NCBI GenBank assembly: GCA_048941285.1
Contig: JBHLNS010000020.1
Span: 1 to 49,674 of the forward strand
Reading direction: 5' to 3'
Length of the DNA: 49,674 nt
Source: Promethearchaeota archaeon
GTDB taxonomy: Archaea; Asgardarchaeota; Lokiarchaeia; Sigyniarchaeales; SOKP01
The position numbers and the translations under genes were made by a program. The notes beneath the pieces are model-generated. The model was not told the DNA's origin and did no database searches. It was given only the letters and a program-made list of their open reading frames with translations. This document shows, in pieces, positions 46,873 to 49,674 of this stretch. Each line of letters starts with the position of its first letter. The first letter of the stretch is position 1.

Positions 46873-47609
46873 TAATGAAGGATTTAAAGATTGAAAATAT
46901 CGAAATTCCAATAATAGCGGATAAAGTAATACTGAAGGGTTCTATATATTATACCTCAAAAACCCCCTCAAAAGCTCCATGGGTAATTATATTGGCGGGG
47001 TTCTTGGCTCATCGCGGTAGTGATTTTGTGAAAGTTTTTATTGAGAAATTTGTCAGTAAAGGTTTTTATGTTTTATCTTATGATTATCGAGGTCATGGAG
47101 AAAACATAGAAAATATCAATAAATTTGATCTATATAGAATAACACCAAAAATTTTTTCAGATGTTCATGAGGTTGTAAGTTGGGTAGTGGAAACTCAATT
47201 TAACAGACTTTTAGAAAAAAAATTAATCCTATTTGGAAGAAGCTATGGTGGAGCTATAGTATTAACTTATGGTTTTATAGATGAGAGAATAAATTATCTA
47301 ATTGCTCTTTGTGCTAGATATGATTATTCCACAGTTCAACTAAAAATTCCAGATGATCTCAAAATAAATATGTCAAAAAAAATAAGTCCTAAATACTTTT
47401 TAAAAAATTCTCCAATAAATAATGAAAGAATTCTTTTAGCACATTGTAAGGATGATAAAAGAATTCCTTTTGAAAATGTACTCGAAATTAAAGAGCATTT
47501 AGGTTTAAGAGAAGAAAATGTATTTATATATGAAACAGGAGGCCATTCATTCGAGGGTCATAAAGATCATCTATTTAACAGCATAATAGAATTCTTGAAA
47601 AAAATATAA
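46869..47609 (+). CDS. Alpha/beta hydrolase
   Basis: YDYRGHGE, GRSYGG nucleophile elbow, KDDKRIP and GGHSF. Confidence 0.9.
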   Translation: MIMKDLKIENIEIPIIADKVILKGSIYYTSKTPSKAPWVIILAGFLAHRGSDFVKVFIEKFVSKGFYVLSYDYRGHGENIENINKFDLYRITPKIFSDVHEVVSWVVETQFNRLLEKKLILFGRSYGGAIVLTYGFIDERINYLIALCARYDYSTVQLKIPDDLKINMSKKISPKYFLKNSPINNERILLAHCKDDKRIPFENVLEIKEHLGLREENVFIYETGGHSFEGHKDHLFNSIIEFLKKI

Positions 47610-47651
47610 GAAAGGAAATTATAAATTATATATCAATTATCATTTTAATGG

Positions 47652-48563
47652 GTGAGATTTTTGGAAAGAGTAGTGATTGTGGGACCAGCATCACAAATTC
47701 TTGGAATTAAAATAGCAAAAGAACTAGGTATTGAATCAATTAATACAGAAGTTAAAAAATTCCCTGATGGTGAAAATTATCTTAGAATTAATATTGAAGA
47801 TGAAACTTTAATTGCTGGAAAAGAAGTAATTATAGTACAATCGACGGGTCCAAGTGCTAGTGATAATCAAAACGCTAGACTCATAGAACTTTTTATGATG
47901 ATCGATTCGGTTAAACGCATGGGTGCCGTAAAAGTAATTGTCGTAGTTCCTTACTTAGCTTACACGCGTCAAGATAAAATATTTAGACCAGGAGAAAGTC
48001 AATTTGCAAATGCAATTATCTCCATGTTAAACTTTTTTGGGATTGATGAACTTTTTTCAGTAGATATTCATGCCCCCATAGTATTAAATGATTGTACATG
48101 CAAAGCCGTTAACATTGATTCTATGAAATTGCTTGCTGATTATATAAAATCGATGGGAACTCAAAATATAGTAGTGGTAGCCCCTGATAAAGGCGCTCTT
48201 GAAAGATCTACTGCTTTTGCTGCTCATTTAGGTGAGAAAGTTCCTGTAAAAGTATTTGAAAAAATACGAGATGTTAAAACTGGTGAAATAACAATGAGCG
48301 GCAATTTGAATCTAAAGAATAAAAATGTTGTTATTGCAGATGATATTATTTCTACTGGAGGTACTATGTCAACTGCAATAAAATTAGCGAAAGAGAGTGG
48401 TGCTGAGAAAGTTTTTGCAGTGGCTACTCATGCACTTTTGTTAGATCAAGCAAAATTTAGGATTATAAAAGCCGGGGCAGATGAAATAATTGGAACAGAT
48501 TCAATAGATAATGAAGTATCTAAAGTTTCACTATCAAAAATTATTGCTGATTATCTAAAATAA
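47652..48563 (+). CDS. prs: Ribose-phosphate pyrophosphokinase
   Basis: KFPDGE, PYLAYTRQDK.F.PGE, VDIH, APDKGA and DDIISTGGT. The start is probably TTG at 47661 after GGTGA. Confidence 0.96.
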   Translation: MRFLERVVIVGPASQILGIKIAKELGIESINTEVKKFPDGENYLRINIEDETLIAGKEVIIVQSTGPSASDNQNARLIELFMMIDSVKRMGAVKVIVVVPYLAYTRQDKIFRPGESQFANAIISMLNFFGIDELFSVDIHAPIVLNDCTCKAVNIDSMKLLADYIKSMGTQNIVVVAPDKGALERSTAFAAHLGEKVPVKVFEKIRDVKTGEITMSGNLNLKNKNVVIADDIISTGGTMSTAIKLAKESGAEKVFAVATHALLLDQAKFRIIKAGADEIIGTDSIDNEVSKVSLSKIIADYLK

Positions 48564-48577
48564 GTCTTTTGGAGACA

Positions 48578-49120
48578 TCAATAGTTCTTAATTATCTCTA
48601 ATACTAATTTTCTTATATTTTTCTTTAACTCTTCAATTGAATCATTATTTTTTATTATATAATCAGCGTTTTCTAAAACTTTATCGAGTCCAAATTCAAT
48701 TTCTCTTTTATCTCTCTCTTTTAAATCACCCAAACTCTTAGGATCATCACTCCTATTTCTTTCAAATAGGTGTCTGAATCTCTTTTCTTCATCAACAATA
48801 ATAGCTATAATTGGGAATCTCCAATATCTTCTAAAAATCTCAACTTCCGAGAGAGACCGGACACCATCAACAAAAATTACTTCATAATTCTTCTTTTTTA
48901 CTAATTCTACACATTTTTCAGCGATTATCGCTGGACCATGCATTTCACGCAATTCTTTAGCAATTTTTCCAACATTATTCCCAGAAGGTTCTAAATTCCT
49001 TTTTTTAACTTCATCTCGAACAACATCACCCATAGTTACAATAATCCCTAAATCTTTTATTGCATCTATTGCAGTTGTTTTACCAGACCCCGGAAGACCA
49101 CAAATTGCTATTACTTTCAT
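48578..49120 (-). CDS. UPF0200-type P-loop kinase (NMP / dephospho-CoA kinase-like)
   Basis: GLPGSGKT, MGDVVR, DGVRS and RDKREIEFG. Confidence 0.85.
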   Translation of the reverse strand: MKVIAICGLPGSGKTTAIDAIKDLGIIVTMGDVVRDEVKKRNLEPSGNNVGKIAKELREMHGPAIIAEKCVELVKKKNYEVIFVDGVRSLSEVEIFRRYWRFPIIAIIVDEEKRFRHLFERNRSDDPKSLGDLKERDKREIEFGLDKVLENADYIIKNNDSIEELKKNIRKLVLEIIKNY

Positions 49121-49238
49121 TTTTAAATAAAAACTTCATTGAATATAATTTAAATATTTAGATTTTGTTTAAATTCTATATAGATTAAGAAATAAATTTT
49201 ATAAAGTTAAACATAACAAGGCATTAAATGCATAAGTA

Positions 49239-49674
49239 ATGAAAAAAACTAAAAGCATAGATCCTTTTAAAACACCAGTACTGTTAACTTTAAAAGCGTA
49301 CAAGAGAATTGTCGGTTATGCAATAAGATATGCTCATGAGGATCAGAATCCAAATAAATGGCGTGAAGTATATGGAATCTTAGTTGGATCTATTGAAGAT
49401 AATGCGAAAGTCATTGTAAAGGACGCTATTCCAATGATAGTGGGGAGTAGAGCAGGAGTACAATTCGAAAGTAAGCAATATGTCGATATGTCTCAAATTG
49501 ATGCATCGGTATTTGAGCGATCGATCCAAGATGCTAAACACGACTTTATAATAGGTTGGTTTCACACTCACCCAGGATTTGGATTTTTTTATAGCCCTAT
49601 TGACTGTATGACTCAATTAGGATACCAGATCCCTAATCCTTATGCGGTTGGTTTAATTTTTGATCATAGTAAGA
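49239..49674 (+). CDS. Rpn11/CSN5-like JAMM (MPN+) isopeptidase, 3' end truncated by the window edge
   Basis: Not in ORF track. Manual translation: MKKTKSIDPFKTPVLLTLKAYKRIVGYA...WREVYGILVG...VKDAIP...IIGWFHTHPGFGFFYSPIDCMTQLGYQIPNPYAVGLIFDH. Confidence 0.92.
   Translation, partial: MKKTKSIDPFKTPVLLTLKAYKRIVGYAIRYAHEDQNPNKWREVYGILVGSIEDNAKVIVKDAIPMIVGSRAGVQFESKQYVDMSQIDASVFERSIQDAKHDFIIGWFHTHPGFGFFYSPIDCMTQLGYQIPNPYAVGLIFDHSK

Noticed and set aside
49380-49616. 78 aa minus-strand ORF
   Set aside because: Antisense to the Rpn11-like gene on the + strand.
1-49674. CRISPR arrays, rRNA or SRP RNA genes
   Set aside because: No regularly spaced repeats and no long GC-rich structured segment other than the two tRNAs were seen.

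Overview
AT-rich, gene-dense archaeal chromosome segment, most consistent with an Asgard archaeon (Lokiarchaeia-like). The assignment is inferred from gene content: an archaeal histone, a Rab-like small GTPase, a longin-domain protein, an Rpn11/CSN5-like JAMM protease, translin and archaeal-type GluRS/ThrRS. It holds about 50 CDSs: housekeeping genes (psmB, rps8e, srp19, gltX, thrS, prs, ribK, ribL, hypA), metabolic enzymes and many lineage-specific membrane or zinc-ribbon proteins. There are two tRNAs. I found no CRISPR array, transposase or integrase. Items the ORF track misses or miscalls: (1) a histone gene running off the left edge; (2) an Rpn11-like gene running off the right edge; (3) tRNA-Arg(GCG) with a 30-nt non-canonical intron in the T-loop; (4) two genes whose conserved N-terminal regions appear to need an ATT start codon (cheR and a winged-helix/Yip1-like fusion); (5) a decayed cheD remnant after cheR. 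The best candidates for undescribed systems are a putative lipid-handling operon (extended SDR, two paralogous SCP2-like proteins flanking a divergent aldehyde dehydrogenase, amidase) and an acyltransferase/GT87/acyltransferase cluster that could make an acylated glycolipid. All family assignments come from motifs recognised by eye; no searches were run.
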